A DNA stretch of 64,000 nt from Acidobacteriota bacterium (GTDB taxonomy: Bacteria; Acidobacteriota; Vicinamibacteria; Vicinamibacterales; 2-12-FULL-66-21). The notes under the pieces are model-generated. The model was not told where the DNA came from. It did not search any database and worked only from the letters and a program-made list of their open reading frames with translations. Positions within the stretch are counted from its first letter, which is position 1. Each line of letters starts with the position of its first letter. The DNA is taken from positions 69,287-133,286 of the forward strand of contig JACPDI010000007.1 in assembly GCA_016184105.1 (NCBI GenBank). The letters run 5' to 3'. Made by a program: the position numbers and the translations under genes. Shown here piece by piece: positions 10,301-18,826 of this stretch.

Positions 10301-11972
10301 CGGCGATCGGCGTTGGATTCCGGTGGAATACGCCGCGCGCTATCGCGACGCGCTGGGGGTGCCGCTGCCCGCCGGCGTGCCCGAGTCGCTGCTCGCGCCG
10401 GCGCCACACGCGCTCGCGGATCTCGCGCGGCGCTTCGCACGCACGCATGGTCCATTCACGGCGGCGCAGTTCGCCGGACGATACGGCCTCGGTGCCGCAA
10501 TCGCGCACGGCACGCTCGCCGGGCTGATGGCGGCCGGACAGCTCCTGGAGGGCGCATTCCGCCCCGGCGGCCGCGAGCGGGAATGGTGCGATCCGGAGAA
10601 CCTCGCGATCATCCGGCGCCGATCGCTGGCAAGACTGCGGAAGCAGGTCGAGCCGGTCGAGCCCCGTGCCCTCGGCCGTCTGCTCGCCTCGTGGCAAGGG
10701 GCCGCGCGCCCGCGGCGCGGGCTCGACGCGCTGCTCGATTCGATCGAGCTGCTCCAGGGCGCGCCGGTCGCCGCTTCCGTTCTCGAGCGCGAGATTCTGC
10801 CCGCACGCGTTGACGGCTACTCGCCCGCCGATCTCGACGCGCTCATGGCCGCCGGCGAGGTGGTCTGGACCGGCGTGGACCCACTGGGCGAGCGCGATGG
10901 ACGCGTCGCGCTGTTCCTGGCCGATTCCCTGCCTCGATTGTGGGCGCCTCGGGTGAATGCGGAAGACCTGGGGCCGCGCGAGCGCGCGATTCTCGAGCAC
11001 CTCGAGCGCGAAGGGGCGTCCTTCTTTCCGGCGCTGCACGAAGCGGCCGGGGGCGGATACCCCGCAGACACCGTCGGGGCCATCTGGACGCTCGTCTGGA
11101 GCGGGCTCGTCACCAACGACACGCCCCACGCGCTGCGCGCCTACCTAACCGCCGGCGGCAGCCGCGATCGCAAGGCGGCGCGCGCCGGCACGCGCTTCCG
11201 CAGTCGCCGGACGACGCCCGCGTCCGCGGAAGGACGGTGGTCGCTCGTCGAGGCGCGCGCGGGCCGCAGGGTGTCCCCCACCGAACGCGCGGCGGCGCTC
11301 GCGCAGCAGTTACTCGCGCGCTACGGCGTGCTCACGCGCGAGGCGGTCACCGCGGAAGGGATTCCGGGCGGGTTCTCGTCGATCTACGAGGTCCTCAAGA
11401 CGCTCGAGGACACGGGACGGGTCCGGCGCGGATATTTCATCGCCGGCCTCGCCGCCACGCAGTTTGCTGTGCCGCCGGCGCTCGACCTGCTGCGATCGCT
11501 GCGCGACGAGCCGCAGGAACCTGAGGCGATCGCGCTCGCAGCGACCGATCCAGCCAATCCGTACGGGGCGCTGCTGAAATGGCCCTTCGACTCGCCCGCC
11601 GGATCAACGAGCGGACTCGCTCAGGGCAAACCCACGCGCACCGTCGGCGCGAGCGTGCTCATCGTGAATGGCGCGCTCGCAGCTTTCATCGGGCGGGGCG
11701 GCCGGCAGATTCTCTCCTCCCTTCCCGGCGACGAGCCTGCGCGCAGCGTGGCCGCGCGCGCGCTGGCGGCGCGCCTGGCGGACATCGCGCGCGAGGGCAA
11801 GGGGCGAGGCGGAGGACTGCTCGTCACGGACATCGATGCCGTGCGCGCGGAAGATCATCCCCTCGGCCCGTACCTGCGCGATGCGGGCTTCGTCTCGTCC
11901 GCGATGGGCATGCTGCTCCCGCGCCCTCGGCGAGAAATAAGGGGGACAGTCACACTTATCATCCGATCGTGA
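7344..11972 (+). CDS. lhr: Lhr-family large ATP-dependent DEAH helicase
   Basis: It has Walker A APTGGGKT, the DEIH box, helicase-C motifs (TSSLELGID, QRIGRAGH), and the long Lhr-type C-terminal extension. The last 12 codons and the stop lie inside a palindromic repeat. Confidence 0.9.
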   Translation: MGRQGKAIEAFHPAVRAWFEASFEAPTSAQALGWPAIARGESTLILAPTGGGKTLAAFLWCINRLMFEAPPSPGRRCRVLYVSPLKALAVDVERNLRAPIAGIARVAGARGDAHQVPTVAIRTGDTPQSERARFRREPSDILITTPESLYLMLTSAARDALRGVDTAIVDEIHALVPTKRGAHLAVSLERLEELTGGTLQRVGLSATQRPLEEVARFLGGVDGSKGSKGSKGSRGSKGSIGSKGSAAGVLHDEFAARRAAPAFRPVAIVDTGERKRLELRIEVPVEDMARLAAPDIPGGPASLGPSAPSIWSAIHPRLLELVRAHRTTLIFVNSRRLAERMAAALNELAGDTLVRSHHGSLAREQRLDVEDRLKAGALRGLVATSSLELGIDMGAVDLVVQIEAPPSVASGMQRIGRAGHQIDAPSRGVIFPKYRGDLVACAAVTRAMREGRVEASRYPRNPLDVLAQHIVSMTSTRAWGVDGLFALVRQAAPYAELSRAVFEGVLDMLAGRYPSDEFAELKPRVTWDRVKGTVEAREGAARVAVANAGTIPDRGLYGVFLAGAGKGAARVGELDEEMVHESRVGETFLLGASTWRIEEITHDRVMVSPAPGEPGKMPFWKGEGAGRPLELGREIGTLVRTLRQLPAPAAIDRLVRDHDLDRGAAENLVAYLREQEASGAVPDEQTLVIERVRDELGDWRVCVLSPLGGRVHAPWSLAVTERLRRERDLVVETMWSDDGFVIRFPDSDAPPDTSLVLIDPDEVEPLVVSQLGASSLFAAKFRESAARALLLPRRRAAARTPLWQQRKRAADLLAVAARYGSFPIVLEAYRECLRDVFDMPALVETMRLVRDRRMRAITLDSETPSPFAGSLLFGYVANFLYDGDAPLAERRAQALAIDQSQLRELLGGAELRELLDADAIDELERQRQHLEARARVRSADALHDALLRLGDLNAPEIAARSAAGFDAADATAALAAARRLLPVRVAGDRRWIPVEYAARYRDALGVPLPAGVPESLLAPAPHALADLARRFARTHGPFTAAQFAGRYGLGAAIAHGTLAGLMAAGQLLEGAFRPGGREREWCDPENLAIIRRRSLARLRKQVEPVEPRALGRLLASWQGAARPRRGLDALLDSIELLQGAPVAASVLEREILPARVDGYSPADLDALMAAGEVVWTGVDPLGERDGRVALFLADSLPRLWAPRVNAEDLGPRERAILEHLEREGASFFPALHEAAGGGYPADTVGAIWTLVWSGLVTNDTPHALRAYLTAGGSRDRKAARAGTRFRSRRTTPASAEGRWSLVEARAGRRVSPTERAAALAQQLLARYGVLTREAVTAEGIPGGFSSIYEVLKTLEDTGRVRRGYFIAGLAATQFAVPPALDLLRSLRDEPQEPEAIALAATDPANPYGALLKWPFDSPAGSTSGLAQGKPTRTVGASVLIVNGALAAFIGRGGRQILSSLPGDEPARSVAARALAARLADIAREGKGRGGGLLVTDIDAVRAEDHPLGPYLRDAGFVSSAMGMLLPRPRREIRGTVTLIIRS
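8010..8081 (+). repeat. In-frame tandem repeat, 8 x 9 bp (GGTTCGARR), encoding (GSK)n
   Basis: Read directly as ggttcgaaa ggttcgaag ggttcgaaa ggttcgagg ggttcgaag ggttcgatt ggttcgaag ggttcggcc. It translates to GSKGSKGSKGSRGSKGSIGSKGS inside Lhr. Confidence 0.95.
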
Positions 11973-11999
11973 GATAAGTGTGACTGTCCCCCTTATTTC
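11934..11999. repeat. Palindromic repeat element copy A (27-bp perfect arms, 12-nt loop)
   Basis: The left arm is gaaataagggggacagtcacacttatc (11934-11960). The right arm, gataagtgtgactgtcccccttatttc (11973-11999), is its exact reverse complement. Confidence 0.95.
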
Positions 12000-13165
12000 C
12001 GCGCGGCCGTCAACGCGATCTCCACCAGCCCGTCCGGCGCCACGAGGGCGGTCTCGACCGTGGCCCGCGCCGGAAACGGCGGCGACATCGCCTCGCGAAA
12101 CGCCGCGTTCATCACCGCGAAGTGCTGCCGTTGACTGAGGTGCACAACGCTGTCCACCACGTCGGTCGTCTTGAAGCCGGCGCGCGCGATGAGGTCGTGC
12201 AGCCGGCGGAGCGCCTGCCGCGTCTGGGCACCTGCGTCGTTGCGCGTTTCCGGCGTCACCCCACGCGCCCCGGACAGATACAGCCTCGATCCCGCGACGA
12301 TCGCGGGGCTGCAATTCGAGTTCGGCGCACCATCGCCCGCAATGACCCGCTTCGGCGACCGGCTTGCCACGAAGGTCATCTCCACGAGGTACGCGGGCTG
12401 CATCAGCGCGGCACCGACGGTCGCCCGCGCCGGCGGATCCGCGGTGAAGTACGTGCGGTACACGGCGTTCATGGCGTGGACCTGCGCGCGGTCAGTGATG
12501 TACACGCGCGCGCTGACGACATGCTCGAAGCCGAGTCCGGCCTCGGCGAGGATCGCGCGCGCGTTCTCGAGGGCCGCCTTCGACTGCGCCGTCATGTCGC
12601 CGCCGGCAAACGAGTTGTCCGCCGCGTTGCGGGCGATGAGGCCGGAGAGAAACACGGTGTCGCCCGCCTCGACCGCGTAGCTGTAGGGGTTCGGCGAGCG
12701 CAGCCACGCCTTGGGATGCAGCACGCGGCGCGCGGTGCCGCGTGCCGCGGCCACGACCGAAATCTCGAGGAGTGCGTCCTCACGCATCATCTGTGCGACG
12801 ACGGTCGTGCGTGCCGGCGGCGCGTCGCCGACAAACGTACGGTACACCTCGTTCATCGCCGCGAAGTCTTCAGCGCGCTTGAGGTACACCGTGACCGAAG
12901 CCGCCTCGTGCAGCGAGATTCCCGATACGCCAAGCGCCGCGTTCACCCGCTCGAGCGTCGCGCGCGTCTGCGCCGTGATGTCGGCCGGAAGCGCCGCCGG
13001 TTCTTCCCCGGCGCGCATGCCGGATACATAGACGAGGCCGCCGGCGGTGACTGTTGGAGAGAGGGGGAGCGAACGTCTGTCAGGCTGCGAGAACGAAGAT
13101 GACGTCACGGCGAGGACTCCTGCGGCTGCGGCGGCAAGCGCGGCAGCCAGCGAGCCATTCAGCAT
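11993..13165 (-). CDS. Secreted protein made of three tandem RidA/YjgF/TdcF-type domains
   Basis: A signal peptide (MLNGSLAAALAAAAAGVLAV) is followed by three roughly 115-aa repeats. Each repeat has the RidA pattern (G..V.(V/L)SG ... Q(T/S)..(A/T)L.. ... V.(V/L)... ..M(N) .. Y..(F) .. PAR(T/A)TV ... (L)VE(I)). Confidence 0.8.
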   Translation of the reverse strand: MLNGSLAAALAAAAAGVLAVTSSSFSQPDRRSLPLSPTVTAGGLVYVSGMRAGEEPAALPADITAQTRATLERVNAALGVSGISLHEAASVTVYLKRAEDFAAMNEVYRTFVGDAPPARTTVVAQMMREDALLEISVVAAARGTARRVLHPKAWLRSPNPYSYAVEAGDTVFLSGLIARNAADNSFAGGDMTAQSKAALENARAILAEAGLGFEHVVSARVYITDRAQVHAMNAVYRTYFTADPPARATVGAALMQPAYLVEMTFVASRSPKRVIAGDGAPNSNCSPAIVAGSRLYLSGARGVTPETRNDAGAQTRQALRRLHDLIARAGFKTTDVVDSVVHLSQRQHFAVMNAAFREAMSPPFPARATVETALVAPDGLVEIALTAARK

Positions 13166-13338
13166 CGCGCAGAAGTCTATCGCATCGCGGCGTCACCTCC
13201 GTCAATCCCTCCACCAGCCGCAGGACCAGCGTCTCGCGATAAGCCTCCGGCAACTCGCCAGGCCGCGACGAACACGTCCTGGACCAGGTCATCGACCTGG
13301 GCGCGCGGCCCGGTCCGTCGCGACGTCTGGCAGCTCAT
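13166..13338 (-). pseudogene. Remnant of an ECF sigma-70 factor (region 2 and region 4 pieces, internally deleted and frameshifted)
   Basis: One frame reads AQVDDLVQDVFVAAWR, which is region-2-like. The adjacent frame reads ELPEAYRETLVLRLVEGL, which is region-4-like. The two are only a few nt apart, and there is no intact ORF of sigma-factor length. Confidence 0.4.
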
Positions 13339-13417
13339 TCATGAAGACGACCCCGCGCGCCCGGCGTCAACGCCCTGGTATACACTGCTCCAGTTCCCCA
13401 CATCGGAGGTTCGGCTC

Positions 13418-14401
13418 ATGAGAACACGTGCACTTACAGTGGCCCTGCTGGCGGTGGCGATTGGCACCGTGTCAGCCGTCCCGCTCGGTGGCGACGTCAA
13501 GACGCAGGAAAAGGGCCACGTCAAGTTCGAAGGGATGCTCGGCCGCATGGTGAACCTGTTCGGCGGCAAGGCAGCCAAAGAAGGGGTTGTGTCCGATGTC
13601 GCCGTGAAGGGCGACCGCAAGGCGACGCTGAACGAGAACACGGGGCAGATCATCGACCTGGCCGAGGAGCAGATCTACGACCTCGACGTGAGGAAGAAGA
13701 CCTACACGGTGACGACCTTCGAGGAAATCCGCCGGCGGATCCGCGAGGCGCGCGAGAAGGCGGACAAGGACGCGAAGGAAGAGGGGGGCGGGCAGCCGGC
13801 GGAGAAAGGCAAGGAGTACGAGATCGATTTCGACGTGAAGGAAACCGGCCAGACGAAGGCGATCGCCGGCTACAGCACGCGCGAGGTCATCGTGACCATC
13901 ACGATCCGCGAGAAAGGCAAGACGCTCGAACAGGGCGGCGGAATGGTGATCACGCAGGACAGCTGGCTCGCGCCGCGCATTCCGGCGATGAAAGAGATCG
14001 CCGACTTCGAGGTCCGGTATGCGAAGAAGCTGGATGCCTCCGGCGCGGCTGGGGTCTCGATGGAGCAGCTTGCGGCAGCGCTCGCGATGTACCCCGGGCT
14101 GCAGAACGGACTCGCGCGGATGCAGGCGGAGGGCTCGAAGCTGGACGGAACGCCGCTCGAGAGCGTCATGGTCGTCAAGGGCGTCAAGAGCCCCGAACAG
14201 CTGTCTCAGGCGAACGAGGAAGAATCAGGCGGCGGCGGGCTGGGAGGCATGCTCGCGCGGCGCATGATGAAGAAGAAGCAGGATCAGGCCGCCGGCGCGG
14301 AATCCACGGTCATGACCCTCACGCACCAGGTGCTCAGCGTCGGGACCAGCGTGACGCCAAACGACGTGCAGGTGCCCGCCGGCTTCAAGCAGAAGTCCTG
14401 A
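13418..14401 (+). CDS. Secreted hypothetical protein (Lys/Glu-rich)
   Basis: It has a GGAGG RBS at about 13404 and the signal peptide MRTRALTVALLAVAIGTVSA. I saw no diagnostic motif. Confidence 0.6.
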   Translation: MRTRALTVALLAVAIGTVSAVPLGGDVKTQEKGHVKFEGMLGRMVNLFGGKAAKEGVVSDVAVKGDRKATLNENTGQIIDLAEEQIYDLDVRKKTYTVTTFEEIRRRIREAREKADKDAKEEGGGQPAEKGKEYEIDFDVKETGQTKAIAGYSTREVIVTITIREKGKTLEQGGGMVITQDSWLAPRIPAMKEIADFEVRYAKKLDASGAAGVSMEQLAAALAMYPGLQNGLARMQAEGSKLDGTPLESVMVVKGVKSPEQLSQANEEESGGGGLGGMLARRMMKKKQDQAAGAESTVMTLTHQVLSVGTSVTPNDVQVPAGFKQKS

Positions 14402-15953
14402 GCGCTTCGTTCACGATCTTGACGAGGGCGTGTGTGCTGAACGGCTTCTGGACGAACGGAATGCCGCCCGCGGCCGCGGCCTGCCGCACGCCCTCGTTCG
14501 TATAGCCAGACATGTAGACGACCTTGATGCCGGGACGCTGGCGCCGCAGCTGCTGCGCCAGCTCGTGCCCGCTGCCGCCCGGCATGATGATGTCGGTCAG
14601 CAGCAGGTCGATGCGGTGATGGTTCTCCGCCACCTGCAGCGCCGTCGCGGCGTTCGGCGCCTCGAGGACCGTCAGGCCCTGGCGGCGCAGCACTCCCGCC
14701 GCAAGCGCCCGCACGGCGGCTTCATCCTCCACCAGCAGCACGACAGCATCCGCGGGTGCCTCCCCGGTCGCACGGGCGGCGGCCGCATCCGGCTCCGCCG
14801 CACGCGGGAAATAAATGGTGAACGTCGCTCCCTGCTGCTCGACTGAGTCCACGAAGATGAAGCCGTCGCTCTGCTTGACGATGCCGTAGACGGTCGCCAG
14901 GCCGAGGCCGGTGCCCCTGCCTTGCGGCTTCGTGGTGAAGAACGGCTCGAAGATGTGCGGCGCCACGTGGCGCGGGATGCCATGACCCGTGTCGGCGACC
15001 TCGAGCGCCACGTACGCGCCGGGGGTCAGCGGCACCAGCCGGTGCGCATCGGCGGGCGTCATCGTGACGTTGCGCGTGCGGATGGTGAGACGCCCCCCTT
15101 CCGGCATCGCATCGCGGGCATTGACCGCCAGGTTGATCAGCACCTGCTCGATCTGCCCCGGGTCGGCGACCACTTTGCCCAGATCCGGCGATTGCTCGAA
15201 GGCGAACACGATCTCATCGCTGACGAGCCGGCGCACGAGCTTGTCGACCCCGCCAACGATCGCGTTGAGATCCAGCAGCACCGGTTGGAGCACCTGCTTG
15301 CGCGAGAATGCGAGCAGCTGGCGCGTCAGCCCGGCGGCGCGCTCCGCCGCCTTCTTGATCTCCGTCAGGTCCCGGCGATGCTGGTCGTCTTCGTCGGGGA
15401 AATCGTCGAGCAGGAGATCGGTGTAACCCATGATCGCCGTGAGCACGTTGTTGAAGTCGTGTGCCACTCCCCCGGCAAGCCGCCCGATCGCTTCGATCTT
15501 CTGTGCCTGCCGCAGCTGTTCCTCGCGATCCCGGAGCGCCGCGAGCGCTTCTTCGGTCTTCCGCCGCTCGGTGATGTCGCGGACGATCGCGAGATAGCGG
15601 CCGTCCTGCATCCGCCTGGTCTTCGTTTCGGCGGGAACGATGGACCCGTCTTTCCGGACGAAACGGCGCTCCACGATGCGAACGAGCCCGGCCCTGAGCG
15701 TGTCCCAGCCGATCGGCTCCCGCTCGAGGTCGGCCGGATCGATGATGTCGGGGGCGCGCATCGCGAGAATCTCGTCGCGCGTGTATCCGAGCATCGCGCA
15801 CAGGGAGGGATTCGCCTCGACGTACCGGCCGTCGTCGTCGAACACCACGATGCCGTCCGACGCTTCTTCGAGCAGCGTGCGGTAGCGGACTTCCGTGTCA
15901 CAGTGCGAAGGCGACGGGCAGGGGTCCTCGGGCGACGCGTGCATCGGCTGCAT
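14385..15953 (-). CDS. Hybrid sensor histidine kinase (PAS - HisKA - HATPase_c - receiver)
   Basis: It has a PAS-like N-terminus, the H-box [13 protein letters not shown] boxes ([22 protein letters not shown]), and a C-terminal REC (VVLLVEDE ... [11 protein letters not shown] ... KPF). Confidence 0.9.
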   Translation of the reverse strand: MQPMHASPEDPCPSPSHCDTEVRYRTLLEEASDGIVVFDDDGRYVEANPSLCAMLGYTRDEILAMRAPDIIDPADLEREPIGWDTLRAGLVRIVERRFVRKDGSIVPAETKTRRMQDGRYLAIVRDITERRKTEEALAALRDREEQLRQAQKIEAIGRLAGGVAHDFNNVLTAIMGYTDLLLDDFPDEDDQHRRDLTEIKKAAERAAGLTRQLLAFSRKQVLQPVLLDLNAIVGGVDKLVRRLVSDEIVFAFEQSPDLGKVVADPGQIEQVLINLAVNARDAMPEGGRLTIRTRNVTMTPADAHRLVPLTPGAYVALEVADTGHGIPRHVAPHIFEPFFTTKPQGRGTGLGLATVYGIVKQSDGFIFVDSVEQQGATFTIYFPRAAEPDAAAARATGEAPADAVVLLVEDEAAVRALAAGVLRRQGLTVLEAPNAATALQVAENHHRIDLLLTDIIMPGGSGHELAQQLRRQRPGIKVVYMSGYTNEGVRQAAAAGGIPFVQKPFSTHALVKIVNEALRTSA

Positions 15954-16006
15954 GGAATTGAAGCTGGGAATCGGCCTATTGTACCCGGATCGGATAAAGT
16001 GAGGGC

Positions 16007-16528
16007 ATGACTCCAGGGCTCTACGCGCATTTCGACACGACCGAAGGCCGGTTCACCGTCCGTTTCTTCGAGAAGGAAGCCCCCAAGACGGTGGCGAATT
16101 TCGTCGGGCTGGCGGAGGGAACGAAAGAGTTCCGCGACCCGAAGACCGGCGCCGCCGCCAAGCGGCCGTACTACGACGGGATCGTCTTCCACCGCGTGAT
16201 TGACGGGTTCATGATCCAGGGGGGCGATCCGCTGGGACAGGGCTACGGCGGCCCGGGGTACAACTTCGCCGATGAGTTCCACCCGTCGCTGCGGCACGAG
16301 CGCGCCGGACTGCTGTCGATGGCGAATGCGGGACCGAACACGAACGGCAGCCAGTTCTTCGTCACGCTCGCGCCCACGCCGCACCTCGACAACCGCCACT
16401 CGATCTTCGGCGAGGTGGTGGAGGGGCTCGACGTCGTGAAGAAGATTGGCAAGGTCCCCACCGACCGCAACGATCGACCGGTGAAGCCGGTCGTGATGAA
16501 CACAGTCACCATCGAACGCGTGAAGTAG
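16007..16528 (+). CDS. Cyclophilin-type peptidyl-prolyl cis-trans isomerase
   Basis: It carries [30 protein letters not shown] and [12 protein letters not shown]. Confidence 0.93.
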   Translation: MTPGLYAHFDTTEGRFTVRFFEKEAPKTVANFVGLAEGTKEFRDPKTGAAAKRPYYDGIVFHRVIDGFMIQGGDPLGQGYGGPGYNFADEFHPSLRHERAGLLSMANAGPNTNGSQFFVTLAPTPHLDNRHSIFGEVVEGLDVVKKIGKVPTDRNDRPVKPVVMNTVTIERVK

Positions 16529-17052
16529 TGGACGATCGCGATCGCGGCGCGCTCGACGAGATGCTGCCCGCCGTGTACGCGGAACTCCGGCGGGTGGCCG
16601 CGGCGTATCTCCGGCGCGAACGCCCGGGCCAGACGCTGCAGCCGACGGCGCTGGTCAACGAGGCCTACGTCCGGCTGGCCGGGCAGCACCCCCGCTTTCA
16701 CAACCGCGCGCACTTCTGCGCGATTGCCGCCAACGCGATGCGGCAGATCCTGGTCGAGCGGGCGCGCGCCCGCCACGCGCAGAAGCGCGGGGGCGGCGCG
16801 CCGCGCGTGACGCTGGTCGAGGGGCTCGCGGCGAGCCCTGAATCGCCCGTGGACCTCGATGCGCTGGACGAGGCGCTCACCCGCCTCGCGGCGCTCGACG
16901 CGCAGCAGGCGCGGATCGTCGAGCTGCGGTTCTTCGGGGGGTTGAGCGTGGAGGAAACCGCCGAAGCCCTCGGCGTGTCGGCGGCTACGGTCAAGCGGCA
17001 CTGGGCGGTCGCGCGCGCGTGGCTCGCGCGCGAGCTGGCGCGCCCCGTATGA
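16528..17052 (+). CDS. ECF-type sigma-70 factor (kinase-associated subgroup)
   Basis: It uses a GTG start overlapping the ppiase stop. The N-terminal LPAVYAELRRVAAAYLRRERPGQTLQPTALVNEAYVRL signature is the one I recall for kinase-linked ECF sigmas. Region 4 reads VELRFFGGLSVEETAEALGVSAATVKRHW. Confidence 0.85.
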   Translation: MDDRDRGALDEMLPAVYAELRRVAAAYLRRERPGQTLQPTALVNEAYVRLAGQHPRFHNRAHFCAIAANAMRQILVERARARHAQKRGGGAPRVTLVEGLAASPESPVDLDALDEALTRLAALDAQQARIVELRFFGGLSVEETAEALGVSAATVKRHWAVARAWLARELARPV

Positions 17053-18476
17053 GCGATGCCGATCGGGCGCGATGGCGCCGGGTGAGCGATCTCCTCGCCC
17101 AGGCGCTCGACCGCGCGTCCGGGGAGCGCGAGCGCTGGCTGTCCGAGCTCGCGCGCGCCGAGCCCGACGTCGCCGCCGAACTCCGCACGCTGCTCGCGGC
17201 GCACAAGCGCGCGTCGAGCGGGGGTTTCCTGGAACGGCCTGCCGCCGCGCTCGATCCCAACCTGGGCGTTCCCGTCGGACGCCGGGTGGGACCGTACGTC
17301 ATCCGCTCGCAAATCGCCCGCGGCGGCATGGGCGTCGTCTTCTGCGCGGAGGATACGCGCCTCGGCCGTACCGTCGCGCTGAAGGCGGTCGCTCCCGAAC
17401 TGGCGCGCGACGATCGGATGCGGGAGCGGCTCCGGCGCGAGGCGCGCGCGGCCGCTTCCCTGTCGCACCCCGCCATCGCCACCGTGTACGCGCTCGAGGA
17501 GAGCGACGGCGAGCTGTTCATTGCAAGCGAGTACGTCCCCGGCCATACGCTTCGTGAGGAGCTCACGGCGGGCCCCCTGCCGTCGGGGCGCCTGATGGAC
17601 ACGGCGCGCGCGATCGCGGGCGCGCTCGCGGCCGCCCACTCGCAGGGCATCGTCCACCGCGATCTGAAGCCGGAGAACATCGTGCGGCGGGAGGATGGGC
17701 AGATCAAGGTGCTCGACTTCGGCCTCGCCCGGATGATCGGGCTCGAATCGGCACCCACGCTGACGCGTCTCACCGTTTCGGGTGGACTGCTCGGCACGCC
17801 AGGGTACATGGCGCCCGAGCAGCTCCGCGGCGAGCCGGCCGATCGCCGCGCCGACATCTGGGCATTCGGCGTCGTGCTGCACGAGCTGGCCACCGGCGAG
17901 CGCCCCGGCGATGCGGCGCCGTCGCGCCCCATGGCCCCGCAGCTGGACGCCGTCATCCGGCGCTGCCTGCGCCCGAACCCCGACGAGCGGTTCGATTCGG
18001 GACTCGATCTGCTGGCCGCGCTCGCGGCAGGCCGCGAGAGCCTTCCGGCCGGCGCGGCTCGGTCAATCCGCCTCTGGTGGTGGCAGTTTCACCAGCTCGC
18101 CGTATCGGTCTTTCATTCTTCGATGCTGGTCGCGCTGTGGTTCGCACGCGGCTGGTTCCCACCGCCGTGGGGGAACGTCGTGTTCTACACGGCGCTCGCC
18201 GTCGAGACCGCGGCGGTGACGATGCGGCTGCACCTGTGGTTTACGTCGCGGTACGATCACGAGGGACTGGCCGTGCATCGCGCCCGCGTGCGGCGGCCGT
18301 TGCTCGTGCTCGATTTCGTGTACGCCGCGCTGCTTCTCCTCACGGCGCTGTCGGCCGCGAACGCCGACCTTGGGGCCGCGCCCCTCTTTATCGTCGCGGC
18401 CGTCGCGTCGTTCCTGGCGCTGCTCCTCATCGAGCCGGCGACGGCACGCGCCGCTTTCGGTCCCGGCGCCGCTTAG
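17049..18476 (+). CDS. Ser/Thr protein kinase with C-terminal multi-TM domain
   Basis: The ATGA overlap with the sigma-factor stop sets the start at MSDADRARW. It has the VALK lysine, the HRDLKPEN catalytic loop, DFG, and APE, followed by about 4 hydrophobic helices. Confidence 0.9.
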   Translation: MSDADRARWRRVSDLLAQALDRASGERERWLSELARAEPDVAAELRTLLAAHKRASSGGFLERPAAALDPNLGVPVGRRVGPYVIRSQIARGGMGVVFCAEDTRLGRTVALKAVAPELARDDRMRERLRREARAAASLSHPAIATVYALEESDGELFIASEYVPGHTLREELTAGPLPSGRLMDTARAIAGALAAAHSQGIVHRDLKPENIVRREDGQIKVLDFGLARMIGLESAPTLTRLTVSGGLLGTPGYMAPEQLRGEPADRRADIWAFGVVLHELATGERPGDAAPSRPMAPQLDAVIRRCLRPNPDERFDSGLDLLAALAAGRESLPAGAARSIRLWWWQFHQLAVSVFHSSMLVALWFARGWFPPPWGNVVFYTALAVETAAVTMRLHLWFTSRYDHEGLAVHRARVRRPLLVLDFVYAALLLLTALSAANADLGAAPLFIVAAVASFLALLLIEPATARAAFGPGAA

Positions 18477-18494
18477 ACGACGCGGGCGCCCTAT

Positions 18495-18578
18495 TCATTC
18501 GGCGCGCAGCGCGTCTGTGGGCGCGATGCGCGTCGCGCGCGCGGCGGGCACGAGGCACGCGACGAGGCCGACCGTCAT
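18495..18578 (-). pseudogene. Isolated 3' fragment of an FtsX/MacB-type ABC permease
   Basis: It translates to MTVGLVACLVPAARATRIAPTDALRAE*, the stereotyped C-terminus of FtsX-family permeases. There is no upstream permease body because the DUF4342 gene occupies that space. Confidence 0.4.
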
Positions 18579-18826
18579 TCCCGGCCCTCGCGTTCCACCT
18601 CGATCGTGCAGTCGTTCACAATGGCGACGAGCGCGCCGATTGCCGCCAGCACCGGCGCGAACACCGCGCCCACGACACCTGCCGTGAGCGGGAATTCCGC
18701 GATCGTGCGGGCGCCCTGTTTCACGACGACGCGGCGGACGTTGCCTTCGTGGATGATTCTCCTGAGCTCCTCGACGAGCTCGTTGCCCTGCGCGTTGACC
18801 TTCTCCCACCACGTGCGCTCGGTCAT
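18575..18826 (-). CDS. Small DUF4342-like protein
   Basis: The 83-aa sequence MTERTWWEKVNAQGNELVEELRRIIHEGNVRRVVVKQG...IEVEREGRE matches the family as I recall it. It shares an ATGA overlap with the msrA stop. It is the only credible part of the 788-aa track ORF 18575-20941. Confidence 0.7.
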   Translation of the reverse strand: MTERTWWEKVNAQGNELVEELRRIIHEGNVRRVVVKQGARTIAEFPLTAGVVGAVFAPVLAAIGALVAIVNDCTIEVEREGRE

